Positions 14,020 through 25,853 of a stretch of 64,000 nt of DNA are shown piece by piece (position 1 is the stretch's first letter; each line of letters begins with the position of its first letter). The notes beneath the pieces were generated by a model. It did no database searches. It was not told the DNA's origin and worked only from the letters and a program-made list of their open reading frames with translations. Origin of the DNA: Azolla caroliniana (taxonomy: Eukaryota; Plantae; Polypodiophyta); the NCBI GenBank assembly GCA_043228905.1, contig JBHGNT010000010.1, positions 15,872,001-15,936,000 on the forward strand. Direction: 5' to 3'. A program made the position numbers and the translations under genes.

Positions 14020-15696
14020 ATGGAGAATCAACAAGAGGCGATGAACATGATGATGATGATGTTCGAACGGATGCTACAAGAACAACGTGCGATGTCGGAG
14101 ATGAAGGCGGCAGTAGAGCGGCTTCTGCGACGAAACGGGGAATTCAACGGTAAGGGTGTGTCACGCTACCTACGTGAATATAAGGCGGAGATGATGCAAT
14201 ATCGGATACCGGAAGGATTGCAAGTGATATCCTTTAACCGGGTGGCCTCGGACGAACTACAAGAGAGAATCCACAAGATACAACAACAAAACTCGACATG
14301 GGAGTCCTTTGAAGAAGCTTTACGAGAGGCATATGACTACGAGAGATCGAAGGGACGAGATCGACGAGAATTCGACGAATGGGTGGCGTCGGAGAAGACT
14401 CACCGAAGTGCAACGCAAGCGTTCCTAGAGTTCGAGCATCGTTTTGCTCGACTCTCGGAGCGGGAACGAAGATTGGTGGGAGGAGATAAAGTCTTAATGT
14501 TCGTAAGATCGATCGATCGGAAAGAAAGGATGGACATTGGGATCGAACTCGAAGATGATGACGGTGCGAACGGCCTTACCGAGGATTGGGCCAAAGTCGA
14601 AAGGGTATGTCGAAGACATGATGAAAGGAAGCTGAGAATCTCGTCAACAACGACATGGCCCATGAAGGATGGTCGATTGAGGAAAAACGATGAAGCCAAT
14701 ATGAAGGCCGAAATACAACATGATGGTACCACGGGAGAAAGAGTGGAACAAGACACCCACTCGTCTTGTGAAAGAACGATGGCGAAGGATAAGGCCGATA
14801 ATTCAAGTGTAGAAGGAAATTTCGGGATACAAGTGCCCGAGACATCGGGTCAAAAAGGGGTAAGCATAATAGATGTTTGCATAATTGATGCAGATAAAGA
14901 GTGTGAAGCGGATGTGATTAAGGAGGTAGCCACAAAAGACGAAATCGAATCGGAGGTGGCTATGGACGAATCAATGGCGGATTGCCATATCGAGACTTCC
15001 CCACCACTGATTCCAGAGACTCCGGCGGTTGCGATCGAAAGGCAATGTGAGACCGAAGAGACGGAAGGTGGCGGAGAGAAAACGAATGTCGAAGCCGACG
15101 AATACGATGAAGAGATAGCCGAGAAGAATGCTAAGGGTGAAACTACGAAAGAAGGTAATACCGAGGATTCATGCCAACAATATCTAGAGACTTCGGCGGT
15201 TGTGTCCGAGAACCAACGTGAGACCGGAGAGACGGGAGATGGCGGCGAGGAAGGTAAAGTCGGAAGTCGGTTCGGATGGAAAATGATCCATCCGAAATTC
15301 CAATCTAAAAGAAAGTGCGACAATGCGGAGGTCGGGTCTACGACGGGAGAAGCGCGTAATACAGAGCACGCTCTACGGCGAATAAAGAAACGCGTGTTAT
15401 GGCGAATAAAGAAGCACGCGCTACGGCGAGAAAAGAAGCATGCATTACAACCACACGAGGACCGAACAACGAGCACATATCGGAGGACCTACGTAGCGAA
15501 CAACGGAAAGAAGTGCCGAAAGTCGAACCGGACAAGGCAGGTGAAAACGAAGAAAAGAAAGCAAATCCGGACGAAAAGAAAAGAAAAGAAACCGACCCGA
15601 AAGAGCACTGAATCGGTAAAAACCGATCAACCGAGTCCGGATCGACCGAATACAAATTGGAAAGGAAGCCGAACTAAACGAAAGACGATCCGATGA
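14020..15696 (+). CDS. Gag-like protein with acidic repeat region and basic C-terminal tail (558 aa)
   Basis: Uninterrupted ORF. The N-terminus GEFNGKGVSRYLREY resembles the gag GRFNGKDATSYLEAY at 18.7-19 kb. Confidence 0.75.
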   Translation: MENQQEAMNMMMMMFERMLQEQRAMSEMKAAVERLLRRNGEFNGKGVSRYLREYKAEMMQYRIPEGLQVISFNRVASDELQERIHKIQQQNSTWESFEEALREAYDYERSKGRDRREFDEWVASEKTHRSATQAFLEFEHRFARLSERERRLVGGDKVLMFVRSIDRKERMDIGIELEDDDGANGLTEDWAKVERVCRRHDERKLRISSTTTWPMKDGRLRKNDEANMKAEIQHDGTTGERVEQDTHSSCERTMAKDKADNSSVEGNFGIQVPETSGQKGVSIIDVCIIDADKECEADVIKEVATKDEIESEVAMDESMADCHIETSPPLIPETPAVAIERQCETEETEGGGEKTNVEADEYDEEIAEKNAKGETTKEGNTEDSCQQYLETSAVVSENQRETGETGDGGEEGKVGSRFGWKMIHPKFQSKRKCDNAEVGSTTGEARNTEHALRRIKKRVLWRIKKHALRREKKHALQPHEDRTTSTYRRTYVANNGKKCRKSNRTRQVKTKKRKQIRTKRKEKKPTRKSTESVKTDQPSPDRPNTNWKGSRTKRKTIR

Positions 15697-17337
15697 GACC
15701 GAATCGGAAGTAAGCTAATCCGACTAAACCGAAAATCCGAAAAGAAGTCGAGATTGATGAAGAAAAGAAAGAGGGCAAGAAAAGATACTACCGCGGATGA
15801 CAAGGACCAAGCGGGCCATGCAAAAAGCGAACATAGAATATGGTGGATCGGATGGCGACAATGGTTCGGGTGGAAAGAATGGGTCTACTCAAAATGGAGA
15901 GACAAAGTTGACATAGCGGGACAAACGGAGGATGAAGGAGGAGACTAACAAACACCAACTACTTCGGCACATACCGGAGGATGTGCGGGTTTGGAGGGGG
16001 TGAGTGTCGTAGTGTATTTTGTACACTACGTGAAAAACGTATATAGTATTAGATTCAATAAAAAATGAAGAAATAGAAGAAAATAGCAAAATAAATGGAA
16101 CATGCATAGGGCAAGATTCAAACCTTGCACCTCCATGTTAATAATGTAATGTCTTACCATTACACTAGCATTTCATTAGTGTTAAAGCATAGATGTCCCA
16201 CATAGAAAGGTAAATTCACGCTAGGATAAACATTAGAAAAACGCATAACAAAAGAAAAAGCTACACATACACATCTAGCGTGCATGATAAAAAACGCACA
16301 AGTTAGAAAAAAGCATGATCACTTTAGATAAAGCATATAGTCTATCTATAGGAAAAGCATGGGGTCTATAGTTAGAGAAAAAGCATAGATTACTAAGACT
16401 TCCTCATCACTACATAAGGATGGGGAGCACAATGTAATTGTGTGTGAAAAATATTTGGAAACTGGATATGTTTCTAAAAAACACCAATTAATAAACTATA
16501 CTCGTGGGATTCACGAGAATTCTATATCATTCTCTTTCAACCGAAGTTTATATTCTTATATTCATATTGATTAATCTAATACAATACACTCGTGGGATTC
16601 ACGAGTTTGCTATAACTCTTTCTTACAACATATTTATATTCTTATTAGCCTTAAAACTCTCCTCTTCCTAGTCCAAAACCCCGGTGGTTCCCACCCGACT
16701 CACGCAAACGATCCGGAGCCGAAAGGCACGACAACGTATGAAATGTCGTTTTAGGAACATCGTCCTCACTTATACGAATTTGATGGTAGCTCGTACGGAG
16801 ATCAAGTTTCGTAAAATACCGAGCTCCCTAGAGACGGACAATTAGATCATCAGCCTGGGGCAATGGATATGAATTCTTGATCATCACTTTATTCAGGCGT
16901 CGGTAATTGATACACATATGCCATGTGCCCTCTTTCTTTTTTACCAAGAGAACATGTGCACCCCATGGAGATTTACTATAACGTATATAACCCATTCGTA
17001 AATAGTCCTTAAGTTGCTTAGATACCTCATCCTCTTCGGATCGACTTAAGCGATAAGGAGGTATACTTATTGGTGCAACGCTAGGTACAATATCTATATG
17101 ATGGTCTATATTACGTTTAGGAGGTAACCCATGTGGTAGTTCACTTGGAAAAACATCACGAAAATCATTTAAGATTTCATCGAGTTGTTGTTGTTCAAAA
17201 TATGATAATTGAACCGAGATATTATCGATATTGTAAACGTGAATGTCCGGATCATGCACACAATAAAATAAAGTAGAACAAGACAACTCAGATATTGATG
17301 GAGAGGAAACAATCTGTAAAAACGAAGGTGCGGAAAC

Positions 17338-17364
17338 GTTAGACAACCAACTTAGCTCGATAGC

Positions 17365-17419
<55 letters not shown>

Positions 17420-18520
17420 TAACACACATAAGGTACGTAGAAGAGACAAAGAAAGAGCAGAACAACTTAAATCTATTATCAACACAATAATAGTTCTTTG
17501 TACATACAACGTGCTCAACATCACTATTTATACAAGTCCTAAGAGGACTGACAGAGGTACAATGTACTTAATGATCACACGAGCGTCTGACACTAACTAC
17601 GAGACATTAACTACCTAGTAGTCTAGGCTGCTACTAGGCTTCCGGTTACTGCTTGATCCGGCTAACCGGCTCCCCAGCTCACCGACTCGCTTGCTCACCG
17701 GCTCACTGATCTGGGTCACCCTTCTGGATGCCGATCCGGATCTGGTTGAGCTTGCCGCTCAACACTCCCCCTCAAGCTCAACTTGAGGTCGGATCGTAGT
17801 GTCAATCTCCATGGCAGACGGTCCTTCCACCCGGCTCCTTCTAGCGTCACTCCGCCTCGCTCGCGCTCCTCGTCAGGTCCGGTCCCGTTTGCCGCGACCC
17901 TTCTACTTTTGTGCACCTCGACCTCCCCGGTCGGCTTGTCTGCTCAACAGGCCCAATTCAGCCCCCTCGCTGTTGTGACTTCGGTGCTTGCCGATTCGTC
18001 GATTCCTTCGTGTTGGCATTGACTTTCACTTCCTTCTCGTCCTCTTGGCCTTGAATTGATCCGATTCTTCCAAATCGGCTATCTCCGATTCGTTCCAGCT
18101 CTTGTCTGAATCGGTTGCTCCTGATTCGTCTTCCGGTTCCAGGACCTTCACCACATCGGACCATGTCTAGGTCTTCGCCTTCTTCTTTCGGTCGGCTCTG
18201 TCTTTCTTGACTCTGTCACCGTTGCCGCTTGTTTCGACTTGTTTGGATGTGTCAACTTCCTTTGTCGACTCGACTCCTTTCTTCTTCTTGTCTCTCCCTT
18301 TGTCAGTTCTTCCCTCACTGGCGCAATCGGCAGTTTCTTTGCCTTTGCCCGTTCCGGTGTCTTTGACCGTTCTCCCCCTCAAGTGTGGCACGTTGAGATG
18401 TTGAACACCAAGCATTTCGGTGAAATGCTGCAACTTGCCCGATCCGAGCGGTTTGGTGAAGATGTCGGCAACTTGTCGATCCGTATGAACATACCGAAGT
18501 TCAACTTCACCGCTTAGGAC
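17338..18520 (-). mobile_element. Ty1/copia 3' end (RNaseH end, extra region, PPT, 3' LTR ~17338-17764)
   Basis: VHTDRQVADIFTKPLG motif; GAGGGGGAG PPT followed by TGTTGAG. The LTR 3' boundary is approximate. Confidence 0.88.
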
Positions 18521-19320
18521 AGGGTTGAAGCACGCTATGGTGTACCAAAAAAGTATTGTTTTTGGCAAAAAAAAACACGAGTACTATTAGTACTGAGTGA
18601 TTTAAAAAAAATCAAAAATAATTAAAATCTTTTTAGGGAGTGGTGTACGTTGCATTAAAGTCAGGGAATGGGTGGGGGGACAATTGTCATCGAAGTTGTA
18701 CCTTTCGAGGAACTGCCCCTCGAAATCCGCCCAAGTACCGTAGTCTACTTGCACCTCGAGCACCTTAGCATGGATGCTCAGCATAATGACCCGAGGGTAT
18801 CCGGGCAGTCGTGTGTCCTCGGAAATATCCCTCATCATCATTTCGGCTTGGTAAGCCTCAAGGTAGCTCGTCGCGTCTTTGCCATTGAATCGGCCTATCG
18901 CAGCGACTATCGACTCGACGGCTTTGTCGAGGGCACTCGTGCCCTCTTGAGCATTCACTAGGCAGTCGACAACCACCCCTTTTCACTTCAGGTTCACCAA
19001 AGATGTCGTGGATGTGTTGAAATGGGATGGGGCCATGAGGGTCTCGAACCAAGGAGCCGTTGAGAGTAAGAAGGTCATTCGGAAATCTTCATCGGATCGG
19101 TTCCCAGATGCCGGACAGTGCGTGGGCGGGTTCAAAGATGTGAGTTTGTCCGAACCGGTCGTTGGATAACAAGCAACTAGCACACAGGCTCAGTACTCGG
19201 GTAAACGCGAGCGACAGATTGGAGATACGTACTCAACACACAGAGAACAATCAGATACAATGAAATGAAATAGATTAAACAAGGGAGGAATACAACTGGC
19301 ATAAGCATATGCCACACCAC

Positions 19321-19393
19321 CGTGGAAGGTGGGGATTGAACCCAAGACCTCCGGGTCTCCATTGGACAACCCTACCAACTAAGCTACATCCAT
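19321..19393 (-). ncRNA. tRNA-like Pol III cassette at the LTR 5' edge
   Basis: ATGGATG-TAGCTTAGTTGG(A box)-...-GGAGGTC-TTGGGTTCAATCCCCA(B box)-C-CTTCCAC; acceptor stem 5/7 paired. Confidence 0.8.
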
Positions 19394-20071
19394 CTATACA
19401 TCCTTATATTCAAATCCAACTCCATGTATGGTAGATTGAACATTGGAAGTTCCTAGCTTGGATGCATTCTCTATTCCTAGCTAGCACACATACCTCTACC
19501 GTCTTGTTCAAATACTCAAGTGCACCTTGGAAGTCAAGTTCTTGTTCTTTTTCTCTCCCCTAGTTCTTAGTCTCATCTTCATTCTACTCTATTATACTCA
19601 TCCGTGACAGTTTGTTCACCTTCCTCTTCTTGCTACCATGTTTGACTCCGTCGACAACCTAAACCAAGTAATGGCAACCTTGCAACAACTTCAACTCAAA
19701 AATAAAATCCTTCAGGAATCATTACGAGAGCTTCAATCCTAGCCACAACTGTCGTCGGCACCTAGCCCAACCACTTCCTCTTCCCATCCATATGTCCTTG
19801 AACCAACCGTTAGCCTACCCGACAAATTCAACGACACGAGGCCGTATCTTCGCAGCTTCATCAATCATATTCAGCTTATCATCCGTTTACAACCCCAACG
19901 CTATACTAACGACTTTTCTCGGGTCGGCCTCGTCGGCACCCTTCTCTCCAGGCTGGCGCAAGCGTGGTTTGCACCCTTGGTCGAGACCTCATCCCCTCTC
20001 TTAGAAAACTTCCCCGCTTTCCTTACTGAGCTCGAAGCTACATTCTGCGAGACAGTCCAACGACGAATGGC

Positions 20072-23000
20072 TGTTGAGAGACAAGCTCAACATCGGCCGG
20101 ATCGGCTGAAGAAGCCGAGGACCGGATCGGTTGGGACCGATATGTTAGGCCGAATGCATAAACCGGTACGCAGACCGGTGCGTAGGTAGGGCCGGATCGG
20201 TGCGTAAACCAGGAGGCCGTTAGGAAAGATATTCCGTGAGGAATATATTTGGGAGTTAGTGTAGGAGCTCTTAGTGAGCATTGAAGTACTGTCAGTACTT
20301 CGGTCAGTCCTTCTAGGACTTGTATAAAAGTGTTCATTGAACACACATATGTATAGAGAATGGTGAATAGAGTTTTTTGAATATTGTTCTTGTATTTTCT
20401 CTCTATCACTCTCTCTATCTCTCTGTCTCTCCCGTGTATACTGTGTAAGCTCAAGCTCTCCATTAAACCTGAGTTTTCTTCCTTCTGTTCGGTCTTCATA
20501 CTTGCTTCCGCACGTTACTCTTTACATGGTATCAGAGCGCGAGGGTTGAGAACCTCTCTGCAGCCGACACAACTTGACGAAGAAGAACAAGAAGAACGAT
20601 GGATAGAGGCATGGCGAGCTCGCTTCCAACAGAGAAGCTCGACAGAACCAACTACGTGTCTTGGTCCTACAAGATGCACCAGTACCTGCTCGGGCACAGC
20701 TACTGGAGTTATGTCGAAGGAGCTAATGACGCGACACCCGAATCGACACACAGAGACTTCCCGTCGTGGGAGCAATCGGCGAGCAGGGTATTATACTGCT
20801 TCGCGTCGTGTGTGGGCGAACAACTATTGAGCTATGTTCGGGATGCAAAGACGCCGAAGGGTGCGTGGGAAAATCTGAAGAAGATTTTCGCCGCGAGCAC
20901 CACAGCCAGGAAGCTTCAGCTCCGACAAGAGTTGAACAACCTACGACAACGCGACTTGTCGGTGGCGGACTATACCTCGAAGATCAAAGATATCTGCGAC
21001 TCCCTCGCCTCCATAGAGGTGAACATCGAGGAGAGCGAGATGGTCCAGATCTGTCTCGGAGGTTTGGCGTCGAAGTTCGGAGCGGTCCGAACGATTGTGT
21101 GTACCCGGGAGAATACGCCGTCCTTTTTCGACTTACAGCCAATGCTCCTGGTAGAGGAGAACCACGCGGGTGCGTCTACAAGCACGCACACCGACAACAA
21201 AATGTTGTACACGGAGAGAGATAGGCCCCGTGGACGTGGAGGACGAGGCGAGTCGGGGCGCAATGGAGGCGGCCGATGAGATCAAGGAAGAAGGCACCAA
21301 AGTGATGCCGACAACAACTCCGAACCCTCTGAAAACAGGGGGAGTCGAAGCGATGAGAACCGGCAAGGGAAGGCCATCATGGAGTGCTGGTACTGTGGCA
21401 AGAAAGGCCACAGGGAAAGTGAGTGCTGGAAGAAGCGCGCCGATTCGGAGAGAACCAGTTCCGGAAACGGCTCCAGACATACCGACAAGGGAAATCGGCA
21501 ACGATCGCACTACGCCGAAGACTCCGGGAGAGCCGGAGAAGGGTCTATCTTCGTGACAAGACACGAAGCAAACTCAATGAAACGAACCACCCCGAGATCA
21601 GACGAGTCATAAGGAGTGGTTCTCGTACCTTGAAAAACCGATACAACTTGGAGTAGTCGCAACTGGAGACGACACTCCGCATCCGATCGCGAATGTCGGA
21701 GAAGTTCCCCTTAGCCATGTCGGGCAGAAAGGGAAACTCATGAATGTGTTGCACGTTCCGACAATCACGAAGAACTTGGTCTTGGTTGGACAGAGCGTCG
21801 ACCAAGGGATGGAGGTTCGGTTTACACACCTCGGGTGCTTCATTGAGGAAGAAGGCCGTGTGATTGCGCAAGGGCGTAGAGACGGGAGGATGTTCATCCT
21901 CGATTCCACTGACGGCGGCACCACAATGTTTGCGAAGGGACAAAAATCCGAGTCAGACATTGACTTGTGGCACAAGCGGATAGGCCACGTCAACTACCAG
22001 TGGCTTCAAGATCTGCAATCGAAACAGGTAGTGTTAGGATTGCCCAAATTTAGTGGCCGAAAGGCACAAATTTGTGAAGCCTGCCAACTCGGGAAGCAAC
22101 ACCGACTTCCTTTCCCCAACGAGCGAAACCGGAGCCAGAACAAGCTCGACCTTATACACTCCGATGTATGGGGGCCGTCACAAAACGTTAGTCTTGGCGG
22201 GAGCCGATATTTCGTCTCCTTCATCGACGACCACACGCGGCACACGTAGATCTACCTCGTTGAGAGGAAGAGCGAAGTCTTCGACTGTTTCCGGGACCTC
22301 AAAGGGTTCGTGGAAACAGAAACGAACGAAAGATCAAGTGCTTGCGGTCGGATGGCGGGAAAGAGTACTTTTCTGGTCAATTCAACGGTTATCTACAACA
22401 AATGGGAATTCGGCGCGAATTCAGTTGTAGATACACGCCGGAGTAGAACGGTGTGGCCGAGAGGAAGAATCGGTCGATTGTGGAAGCGGCACGGGCAATG
22501 CTGGAGGAGAAGAGCTTGCCCAAGTTCTACTGGGCCGAGGCGGTAAGGACCACGGTATACATCCAAAACCGGATCGGAGACAAAGTGTCGGCGCACGAGC
22601 TATACTTCGGAACGAAGCCGAACTTGCGACACTTGAGGGTGTTCGGTAGCATTGCGTATGTGCATGTACCGAAGGAGAAAAGGAGGAAGTTGGACGCAAA
22701 GGCCGAGAAATGCATCTTGGTCGGTTACTCGGACGAGCAAAAGGGTTATAAGTGCTATAACCCTCGCACCAAACAAGCGTGTGTCAGCCACGACGTTGTG
22801 TTTGACGAGTCCGCGTCCTGGTACCAGCCCCCGACTCCGAACCCCGACTCCAATCCGAGCTCTGACGATGAGGTCAGAGAGGCCGAGATGCCTCCGGATG
22901 AGCCCGAAATCGAGACCCGCGAAGAGAGTCCGATTTCACTCCGTTTAAGTGGACCGAGTGGACCGATTGGACGACTGAGTCGGTACGACCAGTCCGATGA

Positions 23001-25853
23001 AGAGTGGGCGAGTAGTGGAGACTCGACCGTGCATTCCCCGCGTAGGAAGCCGAGGAGACGACTTACGCGCAAAGAGAAAGGGAAGAAGAAGGTGTCGGAT
23101 TCCGGCACGGATAGGAACGAGTCAGACCGACGCGAGTCCGACGCCGAGGGAACCGGTGACGGGTCTTTAAAGGTGAAGTCCACGTCGACCGAGAAGGCCT
23201 CGACATCGGCTAATGCTAGATTACGCCGATCTACCCGCCAGAAGAACCCTGTTTTGCGGTTCGGATACAACGAGTACATGGCGCATCATTATGCGTACAT
23301 GACCCGTGTAGCGGAAGTGCGTGAGCCGGAGAGCTACGCAGAAGCGGCTAAAGACGCGAATTGGCGTGCCGCGATGGAGGAAGAGATGCACGCATTGGCG
23401 GAGAATGAGACCTGGGACCTGGTTGGCACACCAACAGGGGTAAAACCGATCGGGTGTAGGTGGGTGTACAAGGTCAAGTACAACACCGATGGCTCGGTCA
23501 ACCGGTACAGGGCTCGGCTAGTGGCAAAGGGCTACGCGCAGAAACACAGCATGGACTATGATGAGACATTTGCGCCGGTCGCGAAAATGATGACCGTCCG
23601 TGTTTTGCTCGCAGTAGCTGCGGCGAAGGGGTGGCACTTACATCAGATGGATGTAAAGAATGCGTTCCTGCAAGGTGACCTTGAGGAACAAGTGTACATG
23701 GTATAGCCCCCCGGATTTCACTCCAGAACGAACTCCTCAACAGTATGCCGACTGAAGAAGTCCCTTTACAAACTGAAGCAAGCCCCGCGTGCCTGGAACG
23801 CGAAGATCACGCAACAACTGCGTCGGATGGGCTTCGTCACGTCAAAATCGGACTCTTCCTTGTTCATCCGGAAAGGTCGACTCGGACCGGTTAGTATTTT
23901 ACTATATGTTGATGACTTGGTCATCACCGGCGCCGACCTCGGTGAAATCGACTGCGTGAAGCTCCAGCTTGCGGCATCGTTCGACATGAAGGATCTAGGG
24001 GACCTTCATTACTTCCTCGGGATCGAAGTGATCCGTACCCCCGAAGGCATATTGATCAGCCAATGTCATTACATGCTGAGTATGCTCTTCAAATTCGGGA
24101 TGGCCGACTGTAAGTCCGTCTCGACTCCTCTGGACAGAACCGTCAAGCTTCGTCCCGATACGAGAAAGGTATGCGACCCGACGAGGTTCCGACAAATTGT
24201 CGAAAGCCTCATATACTTGACCATCACCCGACCCAACCTCAGTTATCCGGTCGGAGTGATCAGTCAATTCATGGCGTGACCTACCGAGGAGCACCTTCAG
24301 TGTGCGCAACGCATACTTCGGTATGTCAACGGCACTAAGGACCGGGGACTGCTATATCGGACCGGTGCAGCCGTGCAGTTAGTCGGCTACATCGATGCTG
24401 ATTGGGCTGGCAACGCCACCGATCGCCGATCCACGTCTGGATACGCGTTCTCCCTCGGGAGTGCCACGATCGCGTGGAGCAGTAAGAAGCAGCCGACAGT
24501 TGCACTGTCGAGCACCGAAGCTGAGTACCGAGGAGCGGCTGTCGCGACATGCGAAGCCATATGGTTGAAGCGGCTACTTAAGGACCTGCAAGAGGAGGTG
24601 TCCGATCCAACGACGATCTACTGCGACAACCTCAGCAGCATCCAACTCGCGAAGAACCCCGTCTTCCACGCACGGACCAAGCACATTGAGGTGCACTACC
24701 ATTTCGTCCGTGAGCATGTCCTTTTCGGTGAAGTCAAACTTCAGTATGTTCCGACGGATCGGCAGACTGCCGACATCTTCACCAAGCCTCTTGGTCTGGA
24801 CAAGTTGCGGCAATTCTCAGGTGCGCTCGGATTGCGTCACCTCGACGTGCCAAACTTGAGGGGGAGAACAGTCCTGAACGACCAAGCAAGGCAGCAGGAA
24901 AGGAGCGGAGACCGCGACACCACCGAGTCGGTTGACTTGGTTGTCGAGTTCGACTTCGGATCGGTTGAAGAAGCCGAGGGTGGACCCATGGAAAAGTTCG
25001 GAAGAGGACAAAAGGGGAGCAACCGAAGGAGAGAGCCGAAGCCAACCACGCATGGGGAAGATGACGCCACCGAGGGCGAGAAGACCGAAGACGAGTTGGA
25101 GACAGCCAACTCGGACGAGAGTGAAAACCGATCGGAGGTAGCCGAGTCGGTTCGGATGTTTGATTCAGACACGCTGAATCAACCGAGGCCCAAGCAGAAG
25201 AAAAGGCCGCAGAAGAAGCGTCAACACCGCAACAGCAGAAGAGCTGATGAGGGCCACATGAGCAGACAAGCCGACCAGAAGGGTCGAAGCGCGCGGAGTC
25301 GAACAGGTCGTGGAGCGCAAGCTAGGCGTGAAGCCAGGAGGAACCGGAGTTGTGAGCCCGAAGATCCTGAAGAGCCTCAAGTTGAGCTTGCGGGGGAGTG
25401 TTGAGAGACAAGCTCAACATCGGCCGAATCGGCTGAAGAAGCCGAGGACCGGATCGGTTGGGACCGATCGGTTAGGCCGAATGCGTAAACCGGTATGTAG
25501 ACCGGTGCGTAGGTAGGGCCGGATCGGTGCGTAAACCGGGAGGCCGTTAGGAAAGATATTCCGTGAGGAATATATTTGGGAGTTAGTGTAGGAGCTCTTA
25601 GTGAGCATTGAAGTACTGTCAGTACTTCGGTCAGTCCTTCTAGGACTTGTATAAAAGTGTTCATTGAACACACATATGTATAGAGAATGGTGAATAGAGT
25701 TTTTTGAATATTGTTCTTGTATTTTCTCTCTATCACTCTCTTTGTCTCTCTGTCTCTCCCGCGTATACTGCGTAAGCTCAAGCTCTCCATTAAACCTGAG
25801 TTTTCTTCCTTCTGTTCGGTCTTCATACTTGCTTCCGCACGTTACTCTTTACA
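20072..25853 (+). mobile_element. Full-length Ty1/copia (455-bp LTRs 20072-20526 and 25399-25853), defective
   Basis: TSD ATGGC on both sides; PBS TGGTATCAGAGC; gag-zinc knuckle-(protease DSG deleted at about 21606)-integrase-RT (YVDD)-RNaseH with several stops; the LTRs differ at a few percent of positions. Confidence 0.97.

Larger units (their letters stand above)
13252..16733 (+). mobile_element. Young non-autonomous Gag-only LTR retrotransposon (729-bp LTRs 13252-13980 and 16005-16733; PBS tRNA-Trp)
   Basis: The LTRs look identical by eye. PBS TGGTGAACCCGACGTGA (13986-14002) is complementary to the plant tRNA-Trp 3' end; PPT GGAGGGGGTGAG; 4-bp TSD GCGT/ACGT; no pol motifs. Confidence 0.93.
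10793..17337 (-). mobile_element. Degenerate Ty3/gypsy pol (RT-RNaseH-integrase), host of two nested insertions
   Basis: RT N-terminus 16828-17346, FLDD RT/RNaseH 12514-13250, RNaseH 11784-12013, integrase (IVSD.DPKFTS..W, HPQSDG) 11032-11433, and a KLAPR motif at about 10800. Confidence 0.92.

Noticed and set aside
14400-15655. Antisense ORFs overlapping the Gag-like ORF and other TE ORFs
   Set aside because: Shadow frames of GC-rich, purine-biased coding sequence.
19321-19393. Functional tRNA genes at the tRNA-like cassettes
   Set aside because: Anticodon and D stems do not pair and no anticodon can be assigned; the cassettes are parts of LTRs.
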